A DNA stretch of 64,000 nucleotides. Origin: Gammaproteobacteria bacterium. Lineage in GTDB: Bacteria; Pseudomonadota; Gammaproteobacteria; Eutrophobiales; Eutrophobiaceae. Location of the stretch: positions 2,336,001 to 2,400,000 of the forward strand of contig OZ244905.1 of assembly GCA_965221695.1 (NCBI GenBank). The letters are read 5' to 3'. Position 1 is the stretch's first letter. The number at the start of each line of letters is the position of its first letter. Below are positions 18,098 to 27,709 of the stretch, piece after piece. Under the pieces are notes generated by a model, which did no database searches, was not told the origin of the DNA, and was given only the letters and a program-made list of their open reading frames with translations. Made by a program: the position numbers and the translations under genes.

Positions 18098-18922
18098 CTA
18101 CAAGTCCCGCTGCCCGCGATAATCGTTGCGCCGGCTGATGGTGATCTGCGTCCCGGCGTCAGCCTTCATATGGATTCGGTTGAATATGCCGGTCACGATG
18201 TAGATGCGCCTGTTTTCATCGTATCGGTACTCGATGAATTGTTCCTGGCCGTTGTTGTCGGCAAACAGTGACATTGCGCCATCCAGGTTGTGGCGTACCC
18301 GTATGTAGGTGAAACGGCCGTCATCATAAACATCGCTGACCAGGTCTTTCCCGTATGGCCGGCGCCCGCCCTTCCAGTCATAGCCCGTGAACAGTTGCAT
18401 CCGGTACTCATCCAGCGCCGCGCTTACCCTGTCGGTAGCGGTCTGTTGCTGTTCGTCAAGTTGTAATTGGAGCGCGCCGAGTTGTTCCCGGTAAAACGCC
18501 GTCTCATCCTCGGCGCGTCGATCAAAGCCGGAGAATGCGCCTTCCGGCAGGAATTCGCCGTCATGGGTAATGACCACGCACAGGTCAAACGCATCATCCG
18601 AGCGTTCCACCAGGAAATGGTAGGCGCGGTTGCTTTGTGAGACCGCGGTAACGGTAGTGCTGCCGCCTTCCGTTGTCCCGGCGTCGTTCGGTTTGACGAA
18701 AATATGCCGGTTCTCGCCTTCGACATCCCACAAGTCGCGATTTCCGGTCACCGGCCTGGCAATCAGGATTTCCGGCAGTTCGATATGGGTGCCGTGATGC
18801 AGCCTGGATTGGATGCGTATGAACTTATGCTGTTCATAGTTGACCATGCGGCACTGTTCGCCCTCGGCATAAACAGTTGCGCTGACTGCCAGCAGAAAAA
18901 GGAATAGGTTAAGCCGGGTCAT
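18098..18922 (-). CDS. virB9: T4SS VirB9/TrbG-family protein
   Basis: Signal peptide, THIELP, HIFVKP, RAYHFL and VYDDGRFTYI. Confidence 0.9.
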   Translation of the reverse strand: MTRLNLFLFLLAVSATVYAEGEQCRMVNYEQHKFIRIQSRLHHGTHIELPEILIARPVTGNRDLWDVEGENRHIFVKPNDAGTTEGGSTTVTAVSQSNRAYHFLVERSDDAFDLCVVITHDGEFLPEGAFSGFDRRAEDETAFYREQLGALQLQLDEQQQTATDRVSAALDEYRMQLFTGYDWKGGRRPYGKDLVSDVYDDGRFTYIRVRHNLDGAMSLFADNNGQEQFIEYRYDENRRIYIVTGIFNRIHMKADAGTQITISRRNDYRGQRDL

Positions 18923-19649
18923 CCAGAACTTTCTCCTCGATAATTTTCAGGCCAATGGGGTTTGCCATCAGTACATTTCTGTCCCTGGACAGGGCCGACC
19001 GGGGGGTAAGCCGCCAGCGCAATGTAACGATTGCCCGCCGGGCGCTCAGCACGCGCTGATCGGCCCCGGAGAGCAGTAATTCGTTGATATATACGTTAGT
19101 CCGGTAACTGGTGTCATCGGGATTGCCACCGGCCAGGCGGTCCATGTCGAAATGGTAAATATTTCTGACCTCCACTTGTCTGATATTGCAATCTGTACAG
19201 GCCCTGATCCTGGCCGCTTTGCCCGCGGCGTCAAACCCGGAAGACGATTTGAAATAATTGGCCAATGACCGGTCCATCAGCGCCAGCGCAAATCCGTAGT
19301 CATTGCGGATGGTGGCCGGGTCTGTGCGGAAGCGGCGGGTGACATAGTTGCTCAACAGGTGGTCGATGGTCGCCGGGAAGAAGTCCGCCTCATCCTTGTG
19401 CGCGAACCGGGTGTCGATGAACCAGGTACCGTCCGGCGCCAGTTTCACGTAAATCAGTTTTTCATTGTTCTTTGCAATGAGCGTGACTGCAATGCCGTAT
19501 GCAAGCGCGCAGAGGAATGCCAGCAACAGCACGAGATTGCCGGCCAACAGCCTGTTGTTGGTCACCACCAGGCCCGGAATATTGTCGGGATTAAGGTGTG
19601 CAGCCAGTCCTTCCGGCACTGCGCCAATCGTTTTTGCGGTCATTTCCAT
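18909..19649 (-). CDS. virB8: T4SS VirB8/TrbF-family protein
   Basis: Single TM, LSNYVTRRF and the C-terminal NPIGLKI motif. Confidence 0.88.
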   Translation of the reverse strand: MEMTAKTIGAVPEGLAAHLNPDNIPGLVVTNNRLLAGNLVLLLAFLCALAYGIAVTLIAKNNEKLIYVKLAPDGTWFIDTRFAHKDEADFFPATIDHLLSNYVTRRFRTDPATIRNDYGFALALMDRSLANYFKSSSGFDAAGKAARIRACTDCNIRQVEVRNIYHFDMDRLAGGNPDDTSYRTNVYINELLLSGADQRVLSARRAIVTLRWRLTPRSALSRDRNVLMANPIGLKIIEEKVLDDPA

Positions 19650-19652
19650 AAA

Positions 19653-20798
19653 TCATCTCACCAGTCTTGCAGACAGCATGGAGGCAGCCTGGTTAATCGC
19701 GCCCGACGCGCTCATGCCTCCCCGGGTCAGGTCGCTCACTACCCGGTCGGTCCTGAACATCGCATATACCGCGATCATCAATAGCCCGGAATAATTCAGC
19801 AGTTGCAGGAAATTATCGGGAGTCAGCGTCATTATTTCGCCGTCAACGATGATCGAATCGAACAGTTCGATCACGATCAAAGTGGTAAATGCGATATTGA
19901 TCTGCGCGACGATGAAATAGGCCACCGAACCCAGCATGAAGTTGAGCCAACTGTCAAAATACGGGCTGGCGCGTTTGAATATCAGGAACGGGATAAAGAT
20001 CGGCCCCAGCACCTTGCCGAGCAGCAGGCTCCACAGGCCGACTACCGATATGATCCAGGACACGGTGAAGACGATAAACAGCACAATAAAGAAGATGCCC
20101 AGGAATATGGTATCGCGCACACTGATGGCGAAGTTGGTGAACATCGAGAAAAATCCGGAATTGCCGGTTTTCGGCTCAAAGGTGAACTGTTCCATGATCT
20201 GGTTGACCATATCCAGCAGGAACACGCCGGTGGATTCAATACCGGACGCGCCCAGGTTCAGCGACCGGTAGGCAGTCTGACTTATATCGTCGGACAGGAC
20301 CGTGATGATTTCCCATAAAAACGCGAGCAGATAATTATAGGATTGCAGCAGTGACTGTGCGATAAGAATCATCAGTACGACGAAGATTACGTCCTTCACT
20401 GCGGCCGCGCCGGTGGTCCACTTGAGCAGGATGATGACCAGCGCACACACGGTAAACGTAGTCCATTCAAGTTCCGAGAAACGGTAAAGTTCCGTGGAGA
20501 CGCCAATCAGATCGTCGGTCAGCCGGCTTGCCTTGTTGAAGAATTCAGCGAGGAAGCCGGCAGGGTCGATCGGCGCTGCCTGCGCCGCGGGAGTCATGAC
20601 CAGCAACGCCGCGCCTGCTCCGGGTAGTGCGCCGGCAGACACTCTCTCACTTGTCTTGTTGGCGCCGGCTGGCATGTGCTTCCGCAACCGTACGCCGCGG
20701 CACGCTTGCGGTTGCAGGCACCCGCCTGTGCTGAAATTCCAACAGGGGCATCGCATCCGCTGATGCAATGTCCGGGTTGATGTAAATTGCCTGATCAT
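19653..20798 (-). CDS. virB6: T4SS VirB6/TrbL-family polytopic membrane protein (start uncertain; 20675 possible)
   Basis: Multiple TMs and LGPIFIPFLIF...YFDSWLNF, typical of VirB6. Confidence 0.85.
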   Translation of the reverse strand: MIRQFTSTRTLHQRMRCPCWNFSTGGCLQPQACRGVRLRKHMPAGANKTSERVSAGALPGAGAALLVMTPAAQAAPIDPAGFLAEFFNKASRLTDDLIGVSTELYRFSELEWTTFTVCALVIILLKWTTGAAAVKDVIFVVLMILIAQSLLQSYNYLLAFLWEIITVLSDDISQTAYRSLNLGASGIESTGVFLLDMVNQIMEQFTFEPKTGNSGFFSMFTNFAISVRDTIFLGIFFIVLFIVFTVSWIISVVGLWSLLLGKVLGPIFIPFLIFKRASPYFDSWLNFMLGSVAYFIVAQINIAFTTLIVIELFDSIIVDGEIMTLTPDNFLQLLNYSGLLMIAVYAMFRTDRVVSDLTRGGMSASGAINQAASMLSARLVR

Positions 20799-20804
20799 CC
20801 CGTA

Positions 20805-21647
20805 TCAGTCCCGTTTAAGTGTCAGGTCGCGCCAGCGGAACGGCCGCGGCGCGGCGCTCTCGTTGGCCACCCGTTGCAGGCGTTCGGCTTCGGCCCGGCG
20901 CTGGGCCTGCGCCATTGACAGCGCGTGCATGTAATCGTGATTCGAATGCAGCAGGCGCTGGTTCTGGATTTTATTCAGCGCCTGCAGTTCATCGATGATA
21001 TGGAAGTTGGTTGTTACCGCCGTCTGCAGGGCGTTCAGGTCGCTCTTGTCGCCCAGGTCGAAATTCTCTTTTGTTATCCCGATTTTTCGGTAGCGTTCGA
21101 GCAGTTCCCGGTTGCCATCCAGCGCGAGTTCCAACTGGTCCCGGTAAGCTTCGTAACGCGCCCGGTGGCGGTGCGCCTGGGTTTCCCAAGGCGCTGGGTC
21201 TACGCCGGCGTCAGCAAACCGGCGACGAACCTCGTCGGCCCGGTCCGGCACCCGATAGAGTTTATCCACCTCGGCGTCTATCGCCTCCCGGGCGGTGTTG
21301 CCATTGCCGGTGATCTTCGTGATGCGCGCGTAGGGGCTGATACCGTATTGGTTCTTCAGCGTCTGGAACAGGCCGTTCCAGTCGTTGCGGGAGATCACGC
21401 GCTGCAACCCCCTGACCTGTTGCAGGTAGTCATCGTATTGCTTCAGGGTCTGGTAGAAGTGCCTGTTGAGCGTGGACAACTGTTCGGTATTGAGGTTTGC
21501 CTGTTGTAACTGGATCTCAAAATCACGCAACTGCTGCTGGTAGGCGATGATCTGCCGTGCGATGACTCCGGCATCAACCGTCGGAATCCCCGCGCCATGG
21601 GCCGCGCCGAACAGAAAACAGCAAAAGATAAATACGAACCTGCGCAT
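20805..21647 (-). CDS. virB5: T4SS VirB5/TrbJ-like protein
   Basis: Signal peptide followed by AGIPTVD and Gln-rich helices. TGATG coupling to virB4. Confidence 0.75.
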   Translation of the reverse strand: MRRFVFIFCCFLFGAAHGAGIPTVDAGVIARQIIAYQQQLRDFEIQLQQANLNTEQLSTLNRHFYQTLKQYDDYLQQVRGLQRVISRNDWNGLFQTLKNQYGISPYARITKITGNGNTAREAIDAEVDKLYRVPDRADEVRRRFADAGVDPAPWETQAHRHRARYEAYRDQLELALDGNRELLERYRKIGITKENFDLGDKSDLNALQTAVTTNFHIIDELQALNKIQNQRLLHSNHDYMHALSMAQAQRRAEAERLQRVANESAAPRPFRWRDLTLKRD

Positions 21648-24226
21648 CAGGCTTCCATCCCAGGGTGGCCGGCCAGCGCCGCCATGGTCTTGCTGACGCC
21701 GGCTGCAAAACCATAACGTTCGACATTTTTGAAATACAGGTTCTGCTCCGCCGGACTGGATGTCGATAATACGTATTGCTCCGGTTCGACTGACAGGATG
21801 CATTTCTTCGAGACGTTCAAATCACGCTGTATCAGGTAAAACTCCCGCTTCGGGATCATGCTTTTTATGGTTTCCATCTCTCCCTCTTTCAGGTTGAAGA
21901 TCGATCGGTACGCGTCCCGGTTCAACTCCGGGTCGGCGGTAAAGATAAAGGTCGAGGCCGCGCTGCGCAGCGCTTCCCAGTTTTCGATGTTGCCGAGTTC
22001 GATACCGGACTGTGTCCACATGCCGATACCTGCGAGCAGCTTGCCCCAGGTGCGCACCCTGTCCAGCAACAGCGTCCTGGTCAGTTCAGGGTCGGACAAA
22101 ATATGATGGCACTCATCCACATCGAGCCACTTGGGACAGGCGCGTATCGCCGGGTTTTCATAAAAGCGCATGACCCGGTACGCAATTTCCGCCATCACCA
22201 GTGGTTTGGCCACGCTATCGTCCCGGATGCCCGCCAGGTTGTAGACTGCCACCTTCCTGTCCATCGACCCGATTGCGTCCTGTTCGGCGTCGAACAGTCG
22301 GGCATAAGCGCCGTTCCCGGCGAAACGGGCCAGTTTCCTCTGCACCGGTCCGGGGCAGTGTTTCAGCAGCGCCGTCAGGCTTTGCAGGTGGCGCGGTAAC
22401 CTGAGCGCCTGCCGTATCGCACGATCCAGGGCAAGCTGGTCAGCGCCGGACATTCGCCGCAATTCCTCGGAGTCGTTCGTGCTGATCATCGCCATGAGTT
22501 GGCGGTTCAAATGCGCAATGAACAAGGTGTCATCCTGGCCGCGCGCCTGCGAGAAGAAATTCAGGCAGAGCGCTTGTGCGCCGTCGAAGCGTATGATCCC
22601 GGCGTCGGCGCCGAACGCATGGGCAATGGGTTCGGAACCGGGGTCGATATCTATGGCCCGGTAAAATCCCCCGTACTTGGGCCAATGGATCCCGGTGCAG
22701 GTGCGCAGGAATGATTTGCCGCTGCGCACCGGGCCCACGCCGATCAGAAAACCCCTCCCGCCGGTAAACGGCGAGAAATAATACGGTGAATCGTCCCCCG
22801 ACAAGAAGATATATTGCGCTTCTTCGTCGCCCAGGTCGTCGACGGTTTTTGCGCCTTGGGCGGACTTGTAGAACAACGCCAGGGTGGAAAATTGCGAGGT
22901 ATTAAGCGGTATGTCCCGAAAAAACCGGCCGCGATGGTCTGCGCAAGGTTGCAGGTCAAAAAATACATCCGTCTGCGCTACGGTTTCCCAAAGTATGCTG
23001 AACTGGTTCTGTTGCAACGCGGACTGCAACAATGCCGTGGTCTGTTCCAGTTCCTTGATGTCGGCATCGAAAACCACCGCGTGGGTGGCGACCAGTCCGA
23101 GGTTATCCTTCAGGGAAGCCGCTTCATCAAGTTCCTGGAATTTCCGTATCAGTGATGGGCGGAATACCTGCATGTCCCGGTCCTTTTGCGTGCTGCCGTC
23201 AAGTCCCTTGATAAAATCCGTGAAACTGAGCGTCTCCCGTTCCAACTCCTTCTTGCGGTTGAAGAAGAACAATGTCTTCGATGCCTCGGTCATGCCTTTG
23301 TACCGGGTGGTCAACACGTAGTTCCCCGGCGTTTTTATCGGCCCCCTGGCAAACAGCCCGGGCGAGAACCGGTCAAAGTTGAACTGTTTTACCGACAGCA
23401 CGCGCGCGTAGGTCTTCCTGCGATTCTGCAGCCGCAAGATGTCCATGCCGTTCAAGCTGATCGGTGTGACCTGCCCGTCTGACAGGTCGGTATCGATGAC
23501 CTGCGGGCAACGCAACCCGGAGTCCAGGTAGTTCACTTCCAGGGTTGCCAGGAATTTCATCACCCGGTAGGTTTCATCAAGATCGAGTTGCCGGGTCCGG
23601 AACAGGCCACTGCAATAATTGATGATGTCGCGTATCCGGGTTTCAAGCGCCGGCGCCAGTTTGTCCAGGGCGCGCTTCGATGTATTGCGCGCGTGCCCGT
23701 ACATGATGAAACGCTTGACGTAATCCCTGGATGCGGGGTCGCGCAAGCACTTGGACAAGTGGCGCAGGAACAGCGCCAGGCTGGACTGGTCCTGGCGCTC
23801 GGGCAACATCTCGACGAACAGTACACAGCGGGCGCCCGCCAGGCGCAACCGGTTCAGGTGTCTTTCCCGGTAGGTGTTCAACGCGTTGCATACGGGATTT
23901 GTCCGCGGGGCAAAAGACACCTTTTGATCGCGGTAGTGGACGTAATAGTGCTGCAGCACGACGGACTGTGGCAGGATATTCAGCAGGTTCCTGATCACTA
24001 TGGAGAATGCCTCCATGTCCTTGTGCGACATCCCGTCGGGGTCGATGCCGTCTACTTCGATAGCCCCCACCAGGGAGCCTGTATAAGAAAGCACGAACCC
24101 GTTACAGGGTCTGTATGCGCCGTGATAAATGTGGACGGGTTCTCCGTTTATCAAATCCATGCCTTTAGCTATCCGTAAAGGTGGTGGTAGTTTCACCGCC
24201 GCTGCGCCGCTGGCGCCCGACGGCAT
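21647..24226 (-). CDS. virB4: T4SS VirB4 ATPase
   Basis: 859 aa with Walker A GPVRSGKS, AIDID, Walker B LDVDECHH and RTWGK...MWTQS. Confidence 0.92.
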   Translation of the reverse strand: MPSGASGAAAVKLPPPLRIAKGMDLINGEPVHIYHGAYRPCNGFVLSYTGSLVGAIEVDGIDPDGMSHKDMEAFSIVIRNLLNILPQSVVLQHYYVHYRDQKVSFAPRTNPVCNALNTYRERHLNRLRLAGARCVLFVEMLPERQDQSSLALFLRHLSKCLRDPASRDYVKRFIMYGHARNTSKRALDKLAPALETRIRDIINYCSGLFRTRQLDLDETYRVMKFLATLEVNYLDSGLRCPQVIDTDLSDGQVTPISLNGMDILRLQNRRKTYARVLSVKQFNFDRFSPGLFARGPIKTPGNYVLTTRYKGMTEASKTLFFFNRKKELERETLSFTDFIKGLDGSTQKDRDMQVFRPSLIRKFQELDEAASLKDNLGLVATHAVVFDADIKELEQTTALLQSALQQNQFSILWETVAQTDVFFDLQPCADHRGRFFRDIPLNTSQFSTLALFYKSAQGAKTVDDLGDEEAQYIFLSGDDSPYYFSPFTGGRGFLIGVGPVRSGKSFLRTCTGIHWPKYGGFYRAIDIDPGSEPIAHAFGADAGIIRFDGAQALCLNFFSQARGQDDTLFIAHLNRQLMAMISTNDSEELRRMSGADQLALDRAIRQALRLPRHLQSLTALLKHCPGPVQRKLARFAGNGAYARLFDAEQDAIGSMDRKVAVYNLAGIRDDSVAKPLVMAEIAYRVMRFYENPAIRACPKWLDVDECHHILSDPELTRTLLLDRVRTWGKLLAGIGMWTQSGIELGNIENWEALRSAASTFIFTADPELNRDAYRSIFNLKEGEMETIKSMIPKREFYLIQRDLNVSKKCILSVEPEQYVLSTSSPAEQNLYFKNVERYGFAAGVSKTMAALAGHPGMEA

Positions 24227-24239
24227 CCCAATGACTCCA

Positions 24240-24267
24240 ATTCTATGCCATCAAATCAGAAGGTCAA
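24240..24267 (-). promoter_or_regulatory. Candidate sigma70 promoter for the virB-pil operon
   Basis: Minus-strand TTGACC-N16-TAGAAT preceded by an A/T tract. It lies very close to the 24226 ATG, so the real start codon may be downstream. Confidence 0.35.
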
Positions 24268-24416
24268 GTCTTTTTTTAAAAAATTTTGTATGCCATTCGT
24301 GGAGCATAACCTGGGTTCAAAACGCATTGTACTTGGGACCAACGTTCTGGTCAGCGGCGCGCTCTGACGGTGGCGTGTTAATATATGCCATGGTCGATTC
24401 ATGGTGAGGTGAAGAT

Positions 24417-24986
24417 ATGCTACTGTTCATTAGCGGTCTGATACTGTTTTTTGCCGTACATTCCATTTCCATCGTCAATGCAGGCTGGCGCGATGCGATG
24501 GCTGAGAGGCTGGGAACGGGTATCTGGAAGATTCTGTACAGCGTCGCGTCCCTGGTTGGCTTGATCCTGTTGTCAAAGGGATATGGAATCGTAAACGATG
24601 CGCCCGTCATCCTCTATACGCCGCCCGCATGGTTGCTCTACGCCAACTTTCTGTTGATGCTGTTCGTGTTTCCGCTGTTCATGGCCAGCTTTTTACCAGG
24701 ACAGATAAAGACATCGGTGAAACACCCGGCTTTCGCCTCGGTCAAAATCTGGGCTTTTGCCCATTTGCTGACCAACGGCGCGCTTGCTGATGTGTTGCTG
24801 TTCGGCAGTTTCCTGGTCTGGGCAGTGGCCGGGCGCATCTCCATGAAACACCGCAAAGCTCGTCCCGTACCCGGTTTTCCGAAAACCCCTGCGAACGATC
24901 TTATTGCCGTAGTCTCCGGCCTGTTGCTGTACCTGTTGTTCATTATGGTCCTGCACGACTGGCTCATAGGTGTTGAGGTGATGTGA
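24417..24986 (+). CDS. nnrU: NnrU family membrane protein
   Basis: LFFAVHS, YSVASL, KHP...KIWAFAHLLTNG and LLFGSFLVWA. Confidence 0.9.
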   Translation: MLLFISGLILFFAVHSISIVNAGWRDAMAERLGTGIWKILYSVASLVGLILLSKGYGIVNDAPVILYTPPAWLLYANFLLMLFVFPLFMASFLPGQIKTSVKHPAFASVKIWAFAHLLTNGALADVLLFGSFLVWAVAGRISMKHRKARPVPGFPKTPANDLIAVVSGLLLYLLFIMVLHDWLIGVEVM

Positions 24987-24997
24987 TAGCGGACGCG

Positions 24998-25510
24998 CTA
25001 ACTCAGCGCCCAAGACTGCGCCACCTGGTATCTCGCTCCCTTCTCATGGGTAACGGATTCGACCAGGCAAAACTCCTTTACGTCCCACTGGATAGGTTCG
25101 AACGCGTGCGGCTTGACCGGGCGGGATAGTTTGCGTGCAATGGTCAGGTGGGGAGTGTAGTCCCGCTCATCGACGGAGATTCCCGCTAACCTGCTCAGTC
25201 GGATTATCTGTCTGACCAGTTCCAGCAGGGGTTCAGGCGTATCGGCGGGCGCCAGCCAGGCGACATTCGATCGTTTCCACCCACCGCAGTGGTCGATTTG
25301 CAGCGTGAACCCGGGGATGCTTAAACCTGTTGCGGCATCGGCCAGTCCCGGGATGTCCTGTTCGTTCACATTGCCGAGGAACGCCAGCGTGATATGGTAG
25401 TTTTCCGGTGGCACGCGCCGGCCCGTGTTGACCTGAATCAAGCCGGCTTGTTCTGCGAGCAGGTCGCGTGTCCCAGCATCGGGCCAGAGCGCGAAGAACA
25501 GTCTTTTCAT
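24998..25510 (-). CDS. thpR: RNA 2',3'-cyclic phosphodiesterase
   Basis: MKRLFFALWP and two HxT motifs (HITLAFLG, PHLTIAR). Confidence 0.93.
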   Translation of the reverse strand: MKRLFFALWPDAGTRDLLAEQAGLIQVNTGRRVPPENYHITLAFLGNVNEQDIPGLADAATGLSIPGFTLQIDHCGGWKRSNVAWLAPADTPEPLLELVRQIIRLSRLAGISVDERDYTPHLTIARKLSRPVKPHAFEPIQWDVKEFCLVESVTHEKGARYQVAQSWALS

Positions 25511-25560
25511 TGATAGCCGGGCCAGTAATTGATCATGTCTTACGCGAGTCATACATAATT

Positions 25561-25595
25561 TTAAGGAAGCTCTGATTAAGTCTCAGAGCTTCCTT
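25561..25595. repeat. Short palindromic element (IS-end/MITE-like), copy 1
   Basis: TTAAGGAAGCTCTGA-TTAAGTC-TCAGAGCTTCCTT. Confidence 0.7.
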
Positions 25596-25597
25596 CC

Positions 25598-26095
25598 TTA
25601 ATATTGTAAGACAACCAGGTCCGCCAGACCCTGCAGGGCCGTAAGCACAGAGAGTTCCCGTACCTGCTGCCTGTTGCCGTCGAAAACTATTCGGGTGGTC
25701 CTGGTTTCGGCATCGCGTTCGCCCCAGCCGAAACAGACGGTACCGACCGGCTTTTCGTTACTGCCGCCGTCAGGTCCGGCTATCCCGGTCACCGCTACGC
25801 TGAAATCTGCCTGGCTGTGCTGCAAAGCGCCCTGCGCCATGGCCGCAGCCACCTGTTCGCTTACCGCTCCGTAGCGGGCGATCAATTCGTGGGAAACGCC
25901 AAGCTGTTCCTGCTTGGCAAGGTTCGAGTAGGTAACGAACCCGCGTTCAAACCAACCGGAACTGCCGGGCATTGCCGTGATCGCATAAGCAACGCCGCCG
26001 CCGGTGCAGGATTCTGCCGTGGTCAGCATTTGATGCCGGTGTGTAAATTGCTCACTGAGTTGCAGCAGCAGAGTTTCAAGCTGTGGGTCTTGCAT
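25598..26095 (-). CDS. pncC: CinA C-terminal / nicotinamide-nucleotide amidohydrolase
   Basis: AESCTGG, GSSGWFERGFVTYSN, GAVS and TGIAGPDGG..KPVGTV. Confidence 0.92.
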   Translation of the reverse strand: MQDPQLETLLLQLSEQFTHRHQMLTTAESCTGGGVAYAITAMPGSSGWFERGFVTYSNLAKQEQLGVSHELIARYGAVSEQVAAAMAQGALQHSQADFSVAVTGIAGPDGGSNEKPVGTVCFGWGERDAETRTTRIVFDGNRQQVRELSVLTALQGLADLVVLQY

Positions 26096-26134
26096 ATTTT
26101 TTTGAACGTCGAGGTTCGTGAAAAAACCGGACTG

Positions 26135-26602
26135 TTATGTCTTAACCTGCAAGCGCCGCTCTTTAAAAAACGTCTGCAACAGGTCAGCGGCTTCCTGTTC
26201 CAGGATCCCGGAGGCCAGCTCCACGCGGTGGTTCAGTTGTTCGGATTGCAGTATGTTGAACACACTGCCGGCGGCGCCGGCGCGCGGGTCCGCGGCGGCA
26301 TAAACCACGCGTTTGATGCGGGCCAGGACGATGGCTCCGGCGCACATCGCGCAAGGCTCCAGGGTTACGTACAACGTGGCGCCGGGCAGGCGGTAATTCC
26401 CTTGGCGCGCACACGCCGCGCGCAAAGCTGCAATCTCAGCGTGGGCAGTGGGATCATTGCCTGAGATGGGATGATTCCAGCCTTCACCGATGCAGTCATC
26501 ATTCATTACCAGGACTGCGCCGACCGGGACTTCATCCTCCGCCCGGGCGCGTTCGGCCAGGTCCAGTGCCCGCCGCATCCAGCGTTCATCATCAGCCCGC
26601 AC
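26135..26602 (-). CDS. tadA: tRNA adenosine(34) deaminase
   Basis: EVPVGAV, DPTAHAE, TLEPCAMCAGA and LNH. Confidence 0.96.
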   Translation of the reverse strand: MRADDERWMRRALDLAERARAEDEVPVGAVLVMNDDCIGEGWNHPISGNDPTAHAEIAALRAACARQGNYRLPGATLYVTLEPCAMCAGAIVLARIKRVVYAAADPRAGAAGSVFNILQSEQLNHRVELASGILEQEAADLLQTFFKERRLQVKT

Positions 26603-26724
26603 TGCTCACCTGTCAGCCTGTTGCCACCCGAAGGTTCCCGCAGTGGGCGCCTCTAGAATGGGGCGCATCAAAAAATCCGGCGCGCACATCGCATCACTTG
26701 AAAAATGCGGGCTGACTTTGCCCG

Positions 26725-27546
26725 TCACGACCCCTGCAAGGTCTGTATCCCTTCCGTCTCGTTCATGTAGACGGGGCTCTCCGGCAGTGTCGAGCCGCCG
26801 TCCACGACCAGGGTCTGCCCAGTCACGTATTTGGCCTCATCGCCGGCCAAGTAGAGCATCGCGTAGGCAATGTCGTTCGGTTCGCCCAGTTCGCCCATGG
26901 GGATATAACGAGCCATTTCCGCCCTGGCGTTATCGTCAGCGAGCAAGTCCATGGCCGGCGTCAGGATAAAACCCGGTTCGACCCCGTTAACGGTGATGTT
27001 GTCCGCGGCCAGTTCAACGGCAGCGGTGCGGATAAACCCGTTCACCCCTGCCTTTGACGCGGCATAATAGGATGTGCCGGGCATCGCGACCCGCGGCCCG
27101 GTGACGGACGAGGTAAACAGGAGCCTGCCTGCTCCCTGTTTTCTCATGTGGGGAATACACGCGTGGGCGAGTCGGAAACAGGCCTTCAGGTTGACCGCCA
27201 ACACGGTGTCGAGGTCCTCATCCTTGTATTCCTCGACAAGACCGCCCAGGAAGGAAGCGGCGTTATGGACCATGATGTCGATCTGTCCGTAGACGTCCAG
27301 GGTCTTATTCACGACCTTGTCTATTGAAGCAGCCTTGCCGATATCCGTGCTGATCAGGATCGCTTCGCCCCCCTCCGCCCTGATTTGTGTGACGGTCTCC
27401 TGACCGGTTTTCTCCGTGCGCGTCGCCACGACGACACGCGCGCCTTCCCGCGCAAATACCTGCGCAATGGCCGCGCCGATCCCCTGCCCCGAACCGGTTA
27501 CGATCGCGACTTTGTTCTGTAATCTGTTGTTACCCATTCTATTCAC
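26725..27546 (-). CDS. Short-chain dehydrogenase/reductase (FabG-like)
   Basis: TGSGQGIG, HNAA, YAASK and GQTLVVDGG. Confidence 0.9.
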   Translation of the reverse strand: MNRMGNNRLQNKVAIVTGSGQGIGAAIAQVFAREGARVVVATRTEKTGQETVTQIRAEGGEAILISTDIGKAASIDKVVNKTLDVYGQIDIMVHNAASFLGGLVEEYKDEDLDTVLAVNLKACFRLAHACIPHMRKQGAGRLLFTSSVTGPRVAMPGTSYYAASKAGVNGFIRTAAVELAADNITVNGVEPGFILTPAMDLLADDNARAEMARYIPMGELGEPNDIAYAMLYLAGDEAKYVTGQTLVVDGGSTLPESPVYMNETEGIQTLQGS

Positions 27547-27709
27547 CCCAACACCGTAGACCGATTCAGTCTAGCTTATTCAACGTGTTAGTCAATCTCA
27601 GCGCCATTTCCTCGTACCATTCCCTTGAACTTTGCACTAATCATTGCGGCGGGCAACCCCAGGTACTACAATACGCCTCCCGCAACCAAACTCTACAGAG
27701 GACCGAAAA

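Noticed and set aside
20330-20804. Hidden virB2 pilin or virB7/entry-exclusion lipoprotein between virB5 and virB6
   Set aside because: The alternative frame I read gave no lipobox or hydrophobic ORF, and the two-helix segment fits the normal VirB6 N-terminus.
6963-24226. Calling the locus a complete ICE, conjugative element or shufflon
   Set aside because: No integrase, relaxase, coupling protein, rci recombinase, tRNA or att repeats are visible in the window.
24227-24416. virB2/virB3 or a sigma54 promoter upstream of virB4
   Set aside because: The gap is only ~190 bp with no suitable hydrophobic ORF, and TGGCA...TTG spacing does not match the -24/-12 consensus.
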